Shown here one piece after another: positions 1 through 13,453 of a DNA stretch of 64,000 bases. The notes beneath the pieces are model-generated. The model ran no database searches and had not been told where the DNA came from. It saw only the letters and a list, made by a program, of their open reading frames with translations. The stretch lies in NCBI GenBank assembly GCA_040954595.2, contig CM082593.2:4357434-4421433 (forward strand). The letters are read 5' to 3'. This DNA comes from Balanoglossus misakiensis. Lineage: Eukaryota; Animalia; Hemichordata. Each line of letters starts with the position of its first letter. The stretch's first letter is position 1. Made by a program: the position numbers and the translations under genes.

Positions 1-2317
1 CTCTGGAGTTCAATTTCTGGAATCTAGTCGGTGATCATGATGTCTGCTAGATGCTCAAGACAGAAACATTGAGGAGCGAGATATTGTATCTAATGACGCT
101 TTCCCTACTCCCACAATTAACTCAAGATGGGTCTGACATCAGCGTGATCGTGAGCTTAAGTTGAAAAGAGTATTAAATCTTTGGCCCCACAGTCATTTTC
201 CTTGTTTTTTGTTTGGAAACATAAAATATTGACAAATGCATACAAGTGTAATATATGATGAGTTAACTTAGCTGTACAATTGGATCGTGGATAGGGGATT
301 ATGGGTAGCTAGACTGTAATGGACAACAAAACATCATTACCAGCAATCTCAAATTGCCTTGTGCTTAACACATACACAGTTGGAGGTCCACACTTGTGTG
401 AAGAATATGTCACGTCTTTGAAGCTTATATTTGTTAATTCATGAACCAAACTATAAGTACCATTATTGGCCAAAGTAACCGTTGGGGGAAAGCCATTGAC
501 TTTGTTTCCTGGACTATATCATCTTTGATATTTTTTCTATACATCCAATGTTTATTGTCAAGATTTTCTTTCTCTCTCCTACTCTACACATGATTTCTTT
601 GCATTCATTAATGTCAAACATCTGCCATTGTCACGGCTAATCGACAAAATCAAGCCTTATCGCAATAATAACAAGACCTACTAGACCGGAGAGAAATGCA
701 CCCTTGGTGAATCTTCAAACTGTATGCTTTGTCTGACATTTTAAGTGTGCGACACCTTTCAACTTCCTCTGAAGGAAGGAAGAGTCGTCGAGCACGGAGG
801 AAGTGCTGAAACAGACAGGTTATGACGTCAACGCAGGTTGATCAATTGTATCTTAATGCCAATACTCTACTTATGCAAATAAATCAATAGTCATATCTCG
901 GATCGCCGGAACATCGAACCTGAGTGAAATGTTAGCGGGAGAAAGAAACCCGGCTAAATGTATGATAATCGATGGTGCTGTTAAAAACAAAGATACCATT
1001 AATCGAAGTCAACATTTAATCAATATCTGCGGGGTCCGACACAAGGTCAATGGGGTCACCTCGAGTGACGTCACTTCAGTGTGGACGACCATCCTATACG
1101 TGTGCGATTACATGGCAGTATTTTCCTGGTACCTGATTTCTGTGAGCGGGCGCGATCACAGTCTCTACATTTGTTTGAAAAGCATTGGGTCTTCCTTCTA
1201 GTTAATTCTACATGGGTGAAGTACTTTATGTTTAATTCCCATACTCGCAGTTCGATCTTTTGACATATTAGGCCACCAGCGACGACTTCAAAGTGGCGGT
1301 TATTATAAAATTAAATGGGCGACTTTTTTGAACTCGCAATGTTTTATATGTCTACCCTGTTACTCTTGACACCATCTGATGAATTCGGATAACAATTTAA
1401 GACATGACATTTCATTTATATTCAATTTCGTGTTTTACTTATAATTGTACCTTTTGTAGCATTACACAAATACCCATAAATGACCTTAAAGGTAATTCAT
1501 CCGATATAAGAGACGGATAGTGACGTAGATACTCAGACAGACATAGTGGCGGTCTGGAGACTTTTCAAAAGGATGTAATTTAAAGAAAGAGCCATGACTA
1601 CAAGTGTAGAGAAACATTTTGACGTTAAGCCAGAAAGTTGATATGTATTACTACACAGATGGTTCATTATTGTTCCGATGCAGCCTTGTCTTTCCCACAA
1701 AACTTTTGACGGTTGAGATTTCTCCTCAGTAGAACGACACGGAGAGCGCGGACAAAGAACGCACGCCGGTTACCATGTCAGTCACGCGCTCTCGCAATTT
1801 CCCGTCTTCTCATCTCCTTGGCAACGGTGTTATCCATATCACCGGATTATCTGCAGATACGGACACCGCAGATCGCGTGTCAATGGTTCACTGTGGCAGT
1901 GTGCCCGCTGCGACTTCCCTGATATCAAGTGAATTGTTCATTTCTGACTTGGTTTCTATATGGCATCTTAATGTTGTAAGAGTTTTCACAAACATCCTCA
2001 CTCAGAGTATAGCCAGCTGTATCTTTCACTTGTTCGATCTTTTATCTCGCGACATAGTTTAACCATCTTGAATGTAAATTCGCTCGGTATTATGCTGTTA
2101 ATTTGTTTCTCACAGAAACCAACAGCAACATAACTCGTGGTGGCGCTGTTTGTGAGACAGGTAGACACGAGATATGTTTATCAAGGCTTCAGTCTGACAC
2201 AAAACAACTTTGGGTCTCACAACCCATATTGTATTTGTTGTGTTTCATTGATAATGCCACTACCCTACTTATGCAATTCTCAGTCTCGGACTACCTGATG
2301 AAATGTCCCATCTCTCG

Positions 2318-2473
2318 CAGACAGACAGACAGTTTGGCAGACAGATACATAGAATTATAGATAGATAGATAGATATATAGATAGGTACATAGGTAGATAG
2401 ATAGATAGATAGATAGGTAGATAGGTAGATACATAGGTAGATACATAGGTAGATAGGTAGATGCATACATAGA
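2318..2473. repeat. Compound (GACA)/(GATA)/(GGTA) microsatellite
   Basis: Runs of agat, agac and aggt units read directly. Confidence 0.95.
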
Positions 2474-4084
2474 TTATATCAGCATACACAACAAACGAGC
2501 AGGTCTTGCCGAAGCTGTGATGAGAATGTAATACCTGATGATTTGATATCCCATTATCTGTGATGTCCTGAAAGTAATGGAGCAGAGTGTACCGCAGATG
2601 TTAAATGGCGCTTCGCTCAATTTTTAATAGTTGCCCTGACGAGCAACCAGCGACACTTGAACGATCGCTAAGTAGTGCCATCACTCGGAAAGCTCGCATG
2701 GCCCACTCAATGCCGACGTCAGTCATGTTAGTTTGCCATGATCAAATCACCAAGCTTCTGAGGAAGCGACTTATAAGATGTTCATAAAAGTTCACACTCA
2801 ACGTACAAACATCATCAAGAAAGATTGTTGTGCAACGCGTTTTATTGCGAATTGTAACAAGTTGTTAGAGGAAGCTGGTGATCTGCGCTTATGTGGTCTC
2901 TAATGCATGTACCGGATGAAAGTCAAGCCAAGTAAAGTGCATCATGTGTCAATCATTACCGTTGTTGAAGGAGAGTGACGTGCACCCCAGCCGCATTTTT
3001 ATTATTTGTATAAACAGACTTTCTCCTCATTGTGTGCCACAAACATTGAGTCATCTCTAAGAATTTCAACTCTCATAAATGTACAAATATAAATGCCAAC
3101 ATATCGCAGTGGCCGAAACAAGAAACCATGGTTGATACACAGAATAGAAATACCGTTAAATGGCTATGAGATACATGATGTATGTAGGGCTGGTATACCC
3201 ATGCTACCGACATCCATTCTAATTAACGTAAGAGACACTGCTACTTCTCAAGACGCAGAGACAGGTGAACGCCATTCAGTTTGAAACCAAGGGGCTTTGA
3301 TAATTAAAATGCAAATGAAAGGAAAAATCTTACCAGTGATATTAATATTCATTACAAAGCTACAAAGATACTTATCAGGGCACATTTTCCACACTGAGCA
3401 ATTAATTTCCATTTATTGAGTGGACATTGATTGAAATTAATGTCACACTGTATAGCTCCATACAATAAATTAGTCAGCAATTGATAATTTGAATATAAAT
3501 TTATTATTGACTTAACCATGATTGTAGTTTTACTTTCTGTCCTAAATTATCATTGTAAATAACCACCTGTCAGGGATAAGTTTAGCCGTAAATATTAATT
3601 TCAGCTCAATGAATAATGCTGTATGTATTCCCTGGTGATTTGCATTATTAATAATGTTTTATAAGGGTACCACAAAGAATGAACCATATGGTCACCATCT
3701 GCCATCAATATTCAAAGTTTTCATATTGCAACGGCGAATATTACGTGTATCAATTTCCGATGAGACACTAACCTTTGCTGTATTGTACTGCCTGTGGATT
3801 TCAATCATGCCTGTATAGCAGACAACTTTGATATTAGTGTGGGTGTCATCCCATTGATTTAAGCGTTCGTTAACTATCACGTGACACTTGACTTAATTCA
3901 CGACGAGCAATTGGTTCAATCAACCATCGTCGAGTGCAATTAACGCAATGGCGCATAAGCTCATACATATACATTAATTGGCCAGAATGCTAAAAAAATC
4001 CGTCTTCTGAATAGGAATTCCCCTGGATGTCAGCCTAGAGGCTGAGGCATTGCATATCTGTCGATGTTCTCTCAATTAATCTTG

Positions 4085-4350
4085 ACACCACTTTATACGT
4101 TAACTAATAGTCCATTTGTGGGCGTCGTTTCTGCAAATCGTAATAGAGAAGTGACGTCATGCAGATGCAAATTTAAATTTCAGCACAAACAATTTTTCAG
4201 GCGTGTCTGCGGCTACGACAGTGCACATGAAAATTGGCGAAATGTTGCGGTTATTCACTGCTAATTGCAAGGCAGCCATGTTGGCGCAAAAAAGACTCCA
4301 GGGTGTTACTCCAGTGACGTCACGCAAAAGTGCATTTGCAAGTCCACTGT
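4085..4350. mobile_element. Degenerate MITE-like element carrying two TGACGTCA motifs
   Basis: tgcaaat...gtgacgtca near the left end is mirrored by gtgacgtca...atttgca near the right end. Internal ggcagccatgttgg motif. Confidence 0.35.
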
Positions 4351-7300
4351 CAACATAGTTCAACCTTTATCTGTTGTCACTTATTGACTGTAAAATTCCG
4401 TAACGTTCATGTTCCTATCAGTGTGCACAGACTGTGTTGCATACTTTTCATGTGCCATCTTTTATTCCACTCGATCGCCTATGGCTTTATGACATGTCAG
4501 ATCAGGTGAAATGTTACAGCTTTTATTTTGTTATTTCTTCCCTTACAAGATATCATAAACCGTACTTGCTATTTTGTCATCAAGTCTGTGCGTCTGACAT
4601 TATGGGCGTTCGGGTTAACCCACGCGATCTTTATTGCTCTCTATTTTTTTACAATCAAAGCAACGCCTTACATTTTTTATGAGATACTTCGAGACAGTAA
4701 CGACTGCTTTCCGCTGTACTTTTGCTCGATAGCTATGACAATGTACTTTGTATCAGGGACTTAATGTTATTAATCTGAACGACTTTTGATAGATTTCGAG
4801 AGTCGTCTGCTCTTCGCTGTTGTTTCATGATGAAATATTTGCGTATACGCACGGTGTGTGAATCGCGTCATACGTCATGTCACGTGTCTTTTATCTCAGT
4901 CTCGGCCAATGGGCGAATTTATATTTTAAGATCGAGCGCCTGCTCCGTGTTTAATTGAACTGAATGTGAGCGACGTCACCCTATTTTCCAGGTGCGCGAT
5001 TTGAGTGCCGCGTAATTCCATTAATCTGACAGAATAAGGATGTTGTGACGCAGGCGCGTTTGACTTTCGGTTAAATTTTGTGATCCGATTATTTTTGAGG
5101 TGACAAGTCAACGAGACGACAAGCAAATCCCTGTTAATTGTTTCCCAAGTCACGTCCATCTAGTTGTACATTCTAGTTGTATCAGATCACGCTTTCCTTC
5201 GCCGGACGAAGATACACATGACTAGTCTTGTTATTACAATGCACATAAAAAGATAAGAAAGTACAAGCGGGTAAAACAGTTCCCAAAATAAACGACAACA
5301 TTTTTAGCAGCGTGCTATGTCACCATGGAATAGTCGTCTACTCCATAATTCTGAACTTTCCTTACCGATAGAGGGCAATCTTCTCTCTCATACCATATTA
5401 CATAACTTTAACATTTTAATTTCATAACCAGTTTTGGACTATTAATCCGGCTCCATATATCTTTCATCAAATGTAGAAATTGTTGGGTCAATTGCAAAAA
5501 AATATACGCCAGCAAGAAGACACTATTAAACCAAGCGTGGATATTAAATGTATTGATCAGACCATACATCTGTGGGCCAGACATTTGACAACAAATATTA
5601 CGAATTTTATCAGCCATTTCGGTGTTTAATCTCCACACAAAGAGCAAACACCACTTCATCAACAACCAATCATTTAATCCACTTAATGCTTCAGTCACGA
5701 CTTAAGAAGGGGAGTGACTCTTGTGCGAAATCCAATCTTCGATCAAGTGTGTGTCGGGATTCCTTTGCAGGCTCACCTGGGCCCCCTTGTCTGAGCAGTG
5801 CACATGTTTGCTTGATAACAACCCTTGTCAATTAGCAAGGTAGTTCGTGTTGTTCTTTCGGAACTTTTGATGTCGTATCTAACATTTCCCATGGTGTACT
5901 TGAGGTTGAACGGGTGAAATGCAAATTATTACCGATGGGCAGAAGTTTGATACATGACAGAACGCACCGATAAATCTGTCCAATTTCCGTCTACAGCGAT
6001 ACGTAGTTAGTGTGCTGTGTCACCTTTAGGCAAGGGACACGGATTAACTGTTTATTCGCGGCAAGACTTCACTTTACATTTCTTGTGATGGGTGTGCCAA
6101 ATGCTTGCATATACACACCTAACTAAAATTCGTTTCAACAGTGACAATGGGACAGGAGTGTTGCATTGCATTGTGTTATATGTTGTGTTGTATTACATGC
6201 GTTGAGTTCAGTTGCCGTTGTGTTTTTTGGCTATATTTTTGCCAATTTCGATCTTGAGCTTCAGTTTTCTAAGCCAGTTCTTACAAGTTTTAGTAGTTTG
6301 AAGTCAAGTTGGCCCAAGAGTGCAGTTGAGTGGTGTAGAACACTATGGGGTTTATAGTCGTTAACAAGTGAAGTGGGCTAAACAGGCATGGAGATTGACG
6401 TCACTACTTTTATGTTTACCTAAAGACTAGTTACGCTTGTTACATTTACCGGAAATACACATGATATGCAGATTCATTCTACCTGTCAAACTCACCCGGT
6501 TAGTTGCTCTCAGTTAATCATGTGATAGTAATACAGCATGCAAATACATGGCAAAAGCACCTGTCATTTATTGTGCCCTGCATTTAATATTCTGATAGTT
6601 TTCGACTGAAAAATACCATTTCTTGACAAAGTGAACGAGAAAGTCACTATAATCACACAACAGATTATGTAAGAGTAAACGTAACTTTGTCTCAACATTT
6701 TCCTGTAAATGAGAACAATCATGGAACAACAGATTGTACATGCGGCTGAACCGACTCAAAACAGATTTCTCTTTTTGCGCTGTTCAATAATATGGGTATG
6801 ATAATTTTGATGACAGGTGGGATTCATTTTTGTGGGGGATGCCACAAGCACACGAACAAATCGTGATCCGTGTGTTGTTTAACCACCTTTTGTAGTACAC
6901 CCTTAGGTCTTAATTTATTTCTTCGGAACGAGGGTCTGAAAACGAGCACCGCGGTCCATGCCCATGTGTATACTAAAGTATTCATGCGAGCTGTGTGCCT
7001 TCACTATACCCGAAACGTGCTTCTTTGCATGCTACCCTCGAGTGTACCGTACTAAAGCATGCTGACATCTCTGATGGCAGTAAAGATTAAAAACGTGAGA
7101 AGTCTATCACCAATGCCGCCCGGGACTGAAACCTTTACGTCATGATGGTTACAGCGCTGTATTCTCAGTCCATCAGTTGAAATGTTGGAGAGACTCTGTA
7201 TCACGTACTGCAATCACATCATTACTCATTTCGTTGTAACTTTTGGCTGGATTCATTTAGTGTGAAATCAAATGCTCTACTTTTCAGACCCTCTATCAGC

Positions 7301-7759
7301 CAGACGTTATTTCACAGGGCATGTTTTGTTGATTGTTAGTAAACTTCGACCTCAGGGAGGCTACTAGTAAGCATGTTTTAGGAAGCATGAGAAAAAAGTC
7401 CCTCTCTCAATGTCAGATGGCAGATCCCATTGTTACTCAGCCCGTGGTTTCCCGCAAATCGTTCTCATTTTCAAAGCTACTAGGCAGAGCTGCATGAACA
7501 CAGCTAGGATTTCCAAAGTTATTCTCAACGGTCGGTGTTCATAAACTTGCCAACCGTTTAACGATTGTTCCTAAGCCAGGAAAATTGCGTGGCTTCATGA
7601 TTATTCACCCAGGGTTTGCAATTCATCTTCGAGATCAGGTTTGGTCAGCAACACGTGAGAGTAATATAAATGGCCTCTAAGCGACCACGCACAGTATAGG
7701 CACCATGTTCTTCGGAGAGATCTTTGCATTTCCCAAACATGGCACTACAATCAGTACGT

Positions 7760-7876
7760 AGATAGAAAGAGATAGCCTGGATAGATAGACAGACAGACGC
7801 AGGCACACACACACACATTAAACATACCGGTACGTATGTATGTACTTACGTACATACCGGTACATACATACATACA

Positions 7877-7906
<30 letters not shown>
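7760..7906. repeat. Compound (GATA/GACA)-(CA)n-(TACA)n microsatellite
   Basis: Perfect (TACA)n at 7861-7906, preceded by CA and GACA runs. Confidence 0.93.
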
Positions 7907-7907
<1 letters not shown>

Positions 7908-10127
7908 CATGATTCAACTGTTTTCAAACTTCAACTGTTGACTGACGTTTCATCATCCGAGATACAATCTGACTAACGGTTAATTTATTACACCTTTGTG
8001 ACCAAAGCCTCTGCATACACCGTTATTTGACAGCTGTTAAAACTTTGTGGTCATTTGCAGAGTGTTGATGGAAGCACATCTCCAGTTATTGAACCAGGTG
8101 CTTGTGATTAACTGTCAGGCCGTATGTAGCTAAATATTTGGACAGGTTTTTGCATTAAGAAACGTCTCATTTAGGCAAACAAAAACGGCGACAGTTTGAT
8201 TTTCGGTTTTGGAGAAAAAAATTCCTTCGACGTAGACCAAATATTACTCGCACATATAAGTAAAACTGTGCATTTCTGAATTGGAAGCAGAGAAAATATT
8301 TTTTTGAGTTTCTTCATTGTATAACCTGTCGGATGGTGGTTGTGGTGTCGCGCTTTAGTTCTTCCTGTTCGTGATATACCGATTAGAAGGAAGCCAACAT
8401 TTCCCTTGTGAGGAAAATGTCGCTTTTGTGATTTGACAAAAGCTCATCACAGTTTCATACGACAGACATTAAGCTGCGTGGTCGTCGTTTCGCGGAAAAT
8501 AAATATGCGCCTTCGTGGGCCTTTTAAGGCAAATTTTGGAGTCCCTATCTTTATTGTGTCGTGCTTAAACTAACAGTTTTTTCCACACAGCTTAGATCAT
8601 TCAAATATGTCTAAATCAGCTACTGTACCCTGTGTGTCTCCATCGATAAATGCAAGCGCAGGCAAGGTGTCTGGAGCATTGATCAGTCCAACCGGATTAT
8701 CAGCTTATCAAGTCTGCTACTGTGTATACACATAGACCAGTATGGCAGAGAAATTGTAAACACATAAAAATACACCCTGTCTTACATTTTGCTTTCAAAT
8801 GATTCCTGCTTGGATTCGTGCCATAATTGACAATTTCATCGTGGACAGAGTGATTTATAAGGGTATCACTAAACAAATATGGAATCTTATTTCAGAACCC
8901 GACACATGACATTTGAATATTGTCAGCCAATAGGATTTATGTTTAAATTTTGACAGAGAAGAAGAAGTCGTTTCTTCAACTATGTTTATTTATTCATGAA
9001 ATGATTTTGTCACAAGGTAACGGAGCAAAACTAGGGCACAGGTGATCATTGCATAGGAAATGAAAAGAAATGTAGGATTTGGACAGTGAAACAGATACTA
9101 TTTCAAACATACCGTATACATGCATGTCTAATTAAACTAAAACAGTTCCTAAACTAAACTAAATTGAACGTAATTCTGCACGCATTTTCACCTTACTGCA
9201 TCCCTTGGAAATATACGTTGAGTTGTTCGAATACTCACGATGTATCGGGCCGTTGTGAATTGATGGCCATTAATGGTGGTGGATTTCATGCTCGTTAAGA
9301 CATGGAATTACTCGTGTTATCTACCCAGCGTTGGATTTCACGGAGACCTTCGAAATAGTTGACGTTTTTGACAGGGAGGGATAATACAGCCAATAAGTAC
9401 CTTATGGTAGCTGACTCCGGGGATTATAATGGATGGCAAATGTTAACGAACATTCTACGTAAATAGCTCTTTTGAAAGTTCTGTTTATGGCACTGAGAGA
9501 TGGGGGTCAGTTTGACGTGTTGGCATTGCCGAAAAATTGCTTCAAAGCTTACAAAAATCAATTCGTTTTGGTATGGCAGCATCAAAGTACATCGTATATT
9601 CTGAAAGATGAATTCACGTATTTATTATTACTCTATTTAGGGATAGATGCAGAAGTATGTAAAGAAGTGCAAATGAAAAAAGGACACATACAAAATAACA
9701 CATATAATGAGAGACACAAAACTCTTCTTAGATCATTTAATTCGTCTGAAATTGTGCATTCCCGATGCTACGCTGGTTGTCGCAAGAAAACCATACACAC
9801 TCAAATTAATTGTGTAATAGAGGTTAGAATGAGTAGTGAGCTTTCTAGAAAAGAATTTCTTGACTCTAAAAAGGTTCATCTGTAGTTCATAGACATTATC
9901 ACGGTCACTGACCTCACGGGAATTCATCCTGACTATTCTGAATTACTTTGCCATTATCTCGAGCTGAAGTTGATTTGTTCAGGCGTTGGTACACAAAAGA
10001 TGCTGCTTATTCAGTGAGCATGATAGACGGTAATAGTCATCGCCTATTCACAGTGTGTCATTGAACCCACATGAGATAAAACACTGGCCGAACGAAATGT
10101 TAACCATTACACTGATGTTAGTACCTG

Positions 10128-10225
10128 TCACACATACATGCGTGCATATACATACACACATGCGACACACACACATACCTACATACGGTACATACATACA
10201 TACATACATACATACATACATACAT
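10128..10225. repeat. (CA)/(TACA)n microsatellite
   Basis: Perfect TACA run at ~10189-10224 with a degenerate CA-rich flank. Confidence 0.92.
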
Positions 10226-13129
10226 GAACGGCACATTGCTTAAGGTAAATTGCGACAAAAATAATGAAACTGGACATTGCAATTTTTGAAGGCGTCACAA
10301 CTTCAAATTTAGCTGCAGACAGCCATAATTCAGAATGACAGTTTATTTTTGTATTGTTCATCAAAATGCACAACATGTTGACATGGAATACTTAATGAAG
10401 TGAATGTGACGTCACAGTCGCCTTCGACGTGTCAACATTCAAGTCTCGGGAGTGCTCGAATGACGGAATACGACGATTTCTCCCATTTCGCGCCTCTCAC
10501 ATGCTGTAATTGATCAATTCCAAAATCAGCCAGACAAGCATGAAATTGTGGAAAGAGGGCGAACAAGCAATACTTTGTACCGATAGTGAGATCGATCCGT
10601 TTTGTTCCGAGCGACGCGGCTGACTTAAATTGACACGATGTGAGGCGTTGCCAAGGAAAACGAATTCAAAGCCCGTCGGTCGGAAAAAAAGAAAACACAC
10701 AGCCTTCGTGACACTACTCCTTCGTGAATCGTGCTATTACTCTAGGGAGGCGTAGTGTCATTGTGGTGGCATTCTCATTTCCTATTGGCCAGACTCCAGG
10801 GACGGCCACTGTTACTGATGTTTGAATTCGACATAATTGAAGCGCTTTCGACTTACTGTCAGCGATCGGTCAGAGCATCGTTAAAACTGTTCTTAGGGTA
10901 TAAACGTGAACAAAATTCTCGCACAGTGTCGATAATGTCGCGACATTTATCTTCAGCGGAAGAGCCTCTGGGTAGACAGCTCTGACACAGAGCCGTGTAG
11001 AAGATGCATGTCCACGAGCGTGTAATTAGGGGCGCCCTCTATGTAAGGTGTTTTACCGACTGTTCAGTGTTCGTGTGTCAGTCATTTTGACTGTCAGTGT
11101 GTAGATTAGCATTCCCCTCTCCCATTTAATTAGAAATAATTTCACGAACACTAAAGACAACCAGTAATGTGTAGCTTCGACGATATAAAAAATTGACTGA
11201 CCTATTTGGGGAAAATTTACCATTTTTTTCAAACGCCACAGTGTAGCATTAAAGGGACAACATCGTTAACTTTTCATATATTTAGATTTCTTTTGGTGGA
11301 CTGTATATGTCGTTCTGTTCACTGAAACATGATAAATCACCAGTTGTTATAACTCAACCAGCACCCTTTACATGGGTATATAGTGAGAATATGTGTCCAA
11401 ACGTACAAAGTATCAACAAGAATACACTGAGGCTTTTGTTTTTATTTTAGGGTAAAGGAATAACCTTGCATAACCCTGCGATAACTCACCTTCATATGTA
11501 GGTTGCGGCCATGCGTTCCATAATGTAATTTTGACCAATTTGCCATGTTTGACGCGTCAATTTGATGTAATATCCACGTTATTTGCGACAATTATTGGCA
11601 AGGCCTATGCTGAAACAGAAGATGATAACTTGATTAATTTCTACGAATGTAACGTTTCAGAGTTAAGACGTAATTTCGATTCACGAACTCTTTAATTTCT
11701 CGCTTGATTTAATCTATTTAGAAGTAGTTAAGTTTTATTATTTTCATGCGTGGTATTAGCTGTCATTCGGCCGACTTTAATATGGCATATACCGTGGATC
11801 ACGGAAGCTTTGTCTGGACTCACTACTGACTGAATGCTGTGAAGTCCAATATCCTGATGTCATTCTGGTTGGAATTCAACAGTGTGTTAATGACGTTCAC
11901 TGCTGGATGATATGAAACATAATACTGGATTTGTCAGCGTATTATAAATGATAATAATAGTAATTAATAATAATTACCAAGTGTACAAAAAGCATACGTT
12001 TTCCTTGTCCATTGTAGCTTATATGCAACTTCAAAAACACTGTCGTGAGATGTGATCAATGATTAAATTGCAAATTGCATTAGTTAGGAACAGTCTCATT
12101 GTCAGGTTTTAGTTGAGCTTTCCCGTAAGTCTCGCTTTCTCAACGATTCCATCAATAATTAATGTATTAAAAGGCATCGCGGCGGATGTGTGACAGGTAC
12201 TGGGAAATGAGTGTTTTCATGTATGGCTAATCAGCCTTTGTAAAAGGCAATTCAAATCGAAGAGAGGGGACATATTTTCATTATACAAATGGATCTTCAG
12301 CATCGGCTGAACTTCGTTCTTAAATGCCAATCGTAATCGTATTCTGATATCTCGGGATCTGTAACTGGAGAAACTCTTCTGAGGACTAATTCACTATTGA
12401 TCAGCCGATTGGATTTTTTGGAACTGCTCTCTGCATTTTTTTTATCAACGCATATATTATAGTCACACAGATTAAAATGTTGAGAATCAAATTTAATTAT
12501 GTACGTGTACTTTAAGTAGGCGCAATTTGCCGATATCGTGTCGTGAGAATACTTTTTTGCTGAAGCCAAAAACAGACAGTGCTGGGTTTGATGTAGACTT
12601 GTGTTAAACTGTTATTTACTGAGACTTGATATCCAAGATGGCGGCTAAAACAGTCAAAAATTGATTATTCCTATTTTAAAAAATATGTTATAATACCTAG
12701 TTTTCTGCATATGTAAAATAACTTAACACAAGCTTGCATATACCAAATGAAAGAGAAAAATAGAGATTTTTATATTATGCTTTCAATAATCCAGATGATG
12801 TCTTGATTAAATCCATGCCAATCACAAAAAGTAATAAGGCTATGATACTGTCATAAAGAGGGTCTCTAATGACTCCAACTGCTCCAAATGTCACGACATT
12901 TACGCCTCGGGTTAGGATATGTCATTACGTGATTAATGTCCTGAAATAATACCGCAAAATTCGACTACATGCAAACCAGTACACCTGACATTGATTAAGA
13001 ATTAAAACCGGATATTTAAAATATGTTCAGCTGATTCACCATCTGAGGGCATTGCACACTTTCTGGCGGAAGTAAGAAAAATGGAACATGTGCTATTTTT
13101 CAACGATTTCAATGTTTGTAATTGTTTTG

Positions 13130-13453
13130 GTGCTGCTGCTGTTGTTGCTGTTTTTGGTTTACTGCAACTGTTATGGGACAATACCCGATCTTGACATTTT
13201 TTTTTCCATAGCATTGTTTCACTACAGGATGTTGTTTTGGTGTATGCCATGGCCAACATTATCGATCATCCAAGAGACCTACTCGGCGACAGTTCAATTA
13301 CGGGATGTAAAAACAACCTGTCTTTGGCGAAAGTGAAGCAATGAGAATTAAAGTACCTTGCTTAAGGGCATGCAAAAACATGGCGGCCAAGCATGGGTCG
13401 CATCCTTGTCATCCAGAGAACTCGGTTCCTGCCCACTGGACGATGATACATCC
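13130..13453 (-). mobile_element. Degenerate tRNA-derived SINE fragment
   Basis: gtgaagcaatgagaattaaagtaccttgcttaagggca resembles the reverse complement of the gtgtccttgagcaaggcacttaac block common in SINEs of aquatic animals. A simple-repeat (TGC/TGT) tail lies at the left end. Confidence 0.4.

Noticed and set aside
775-818. Purine-rich mini-exon (KEESSSTEEVLKQT) with a CAG|GTTATG donor in phase 1
   Set aside because: In-frame TGA just upstream, no ATG, ambiguous acceptor and no homology.
2269-2466. Repetitive ORFs (also 10048-10243 and 28024-28245)
   Set aside because: These are translations of tetranucleotide microsatellites.
10817-10971. Alternative coding first exon (MFEFDIIEAL...EEPL) in phase 1
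   Set aside because: The donor G|GTAGAC is weak and the peptide has no recognisable features.
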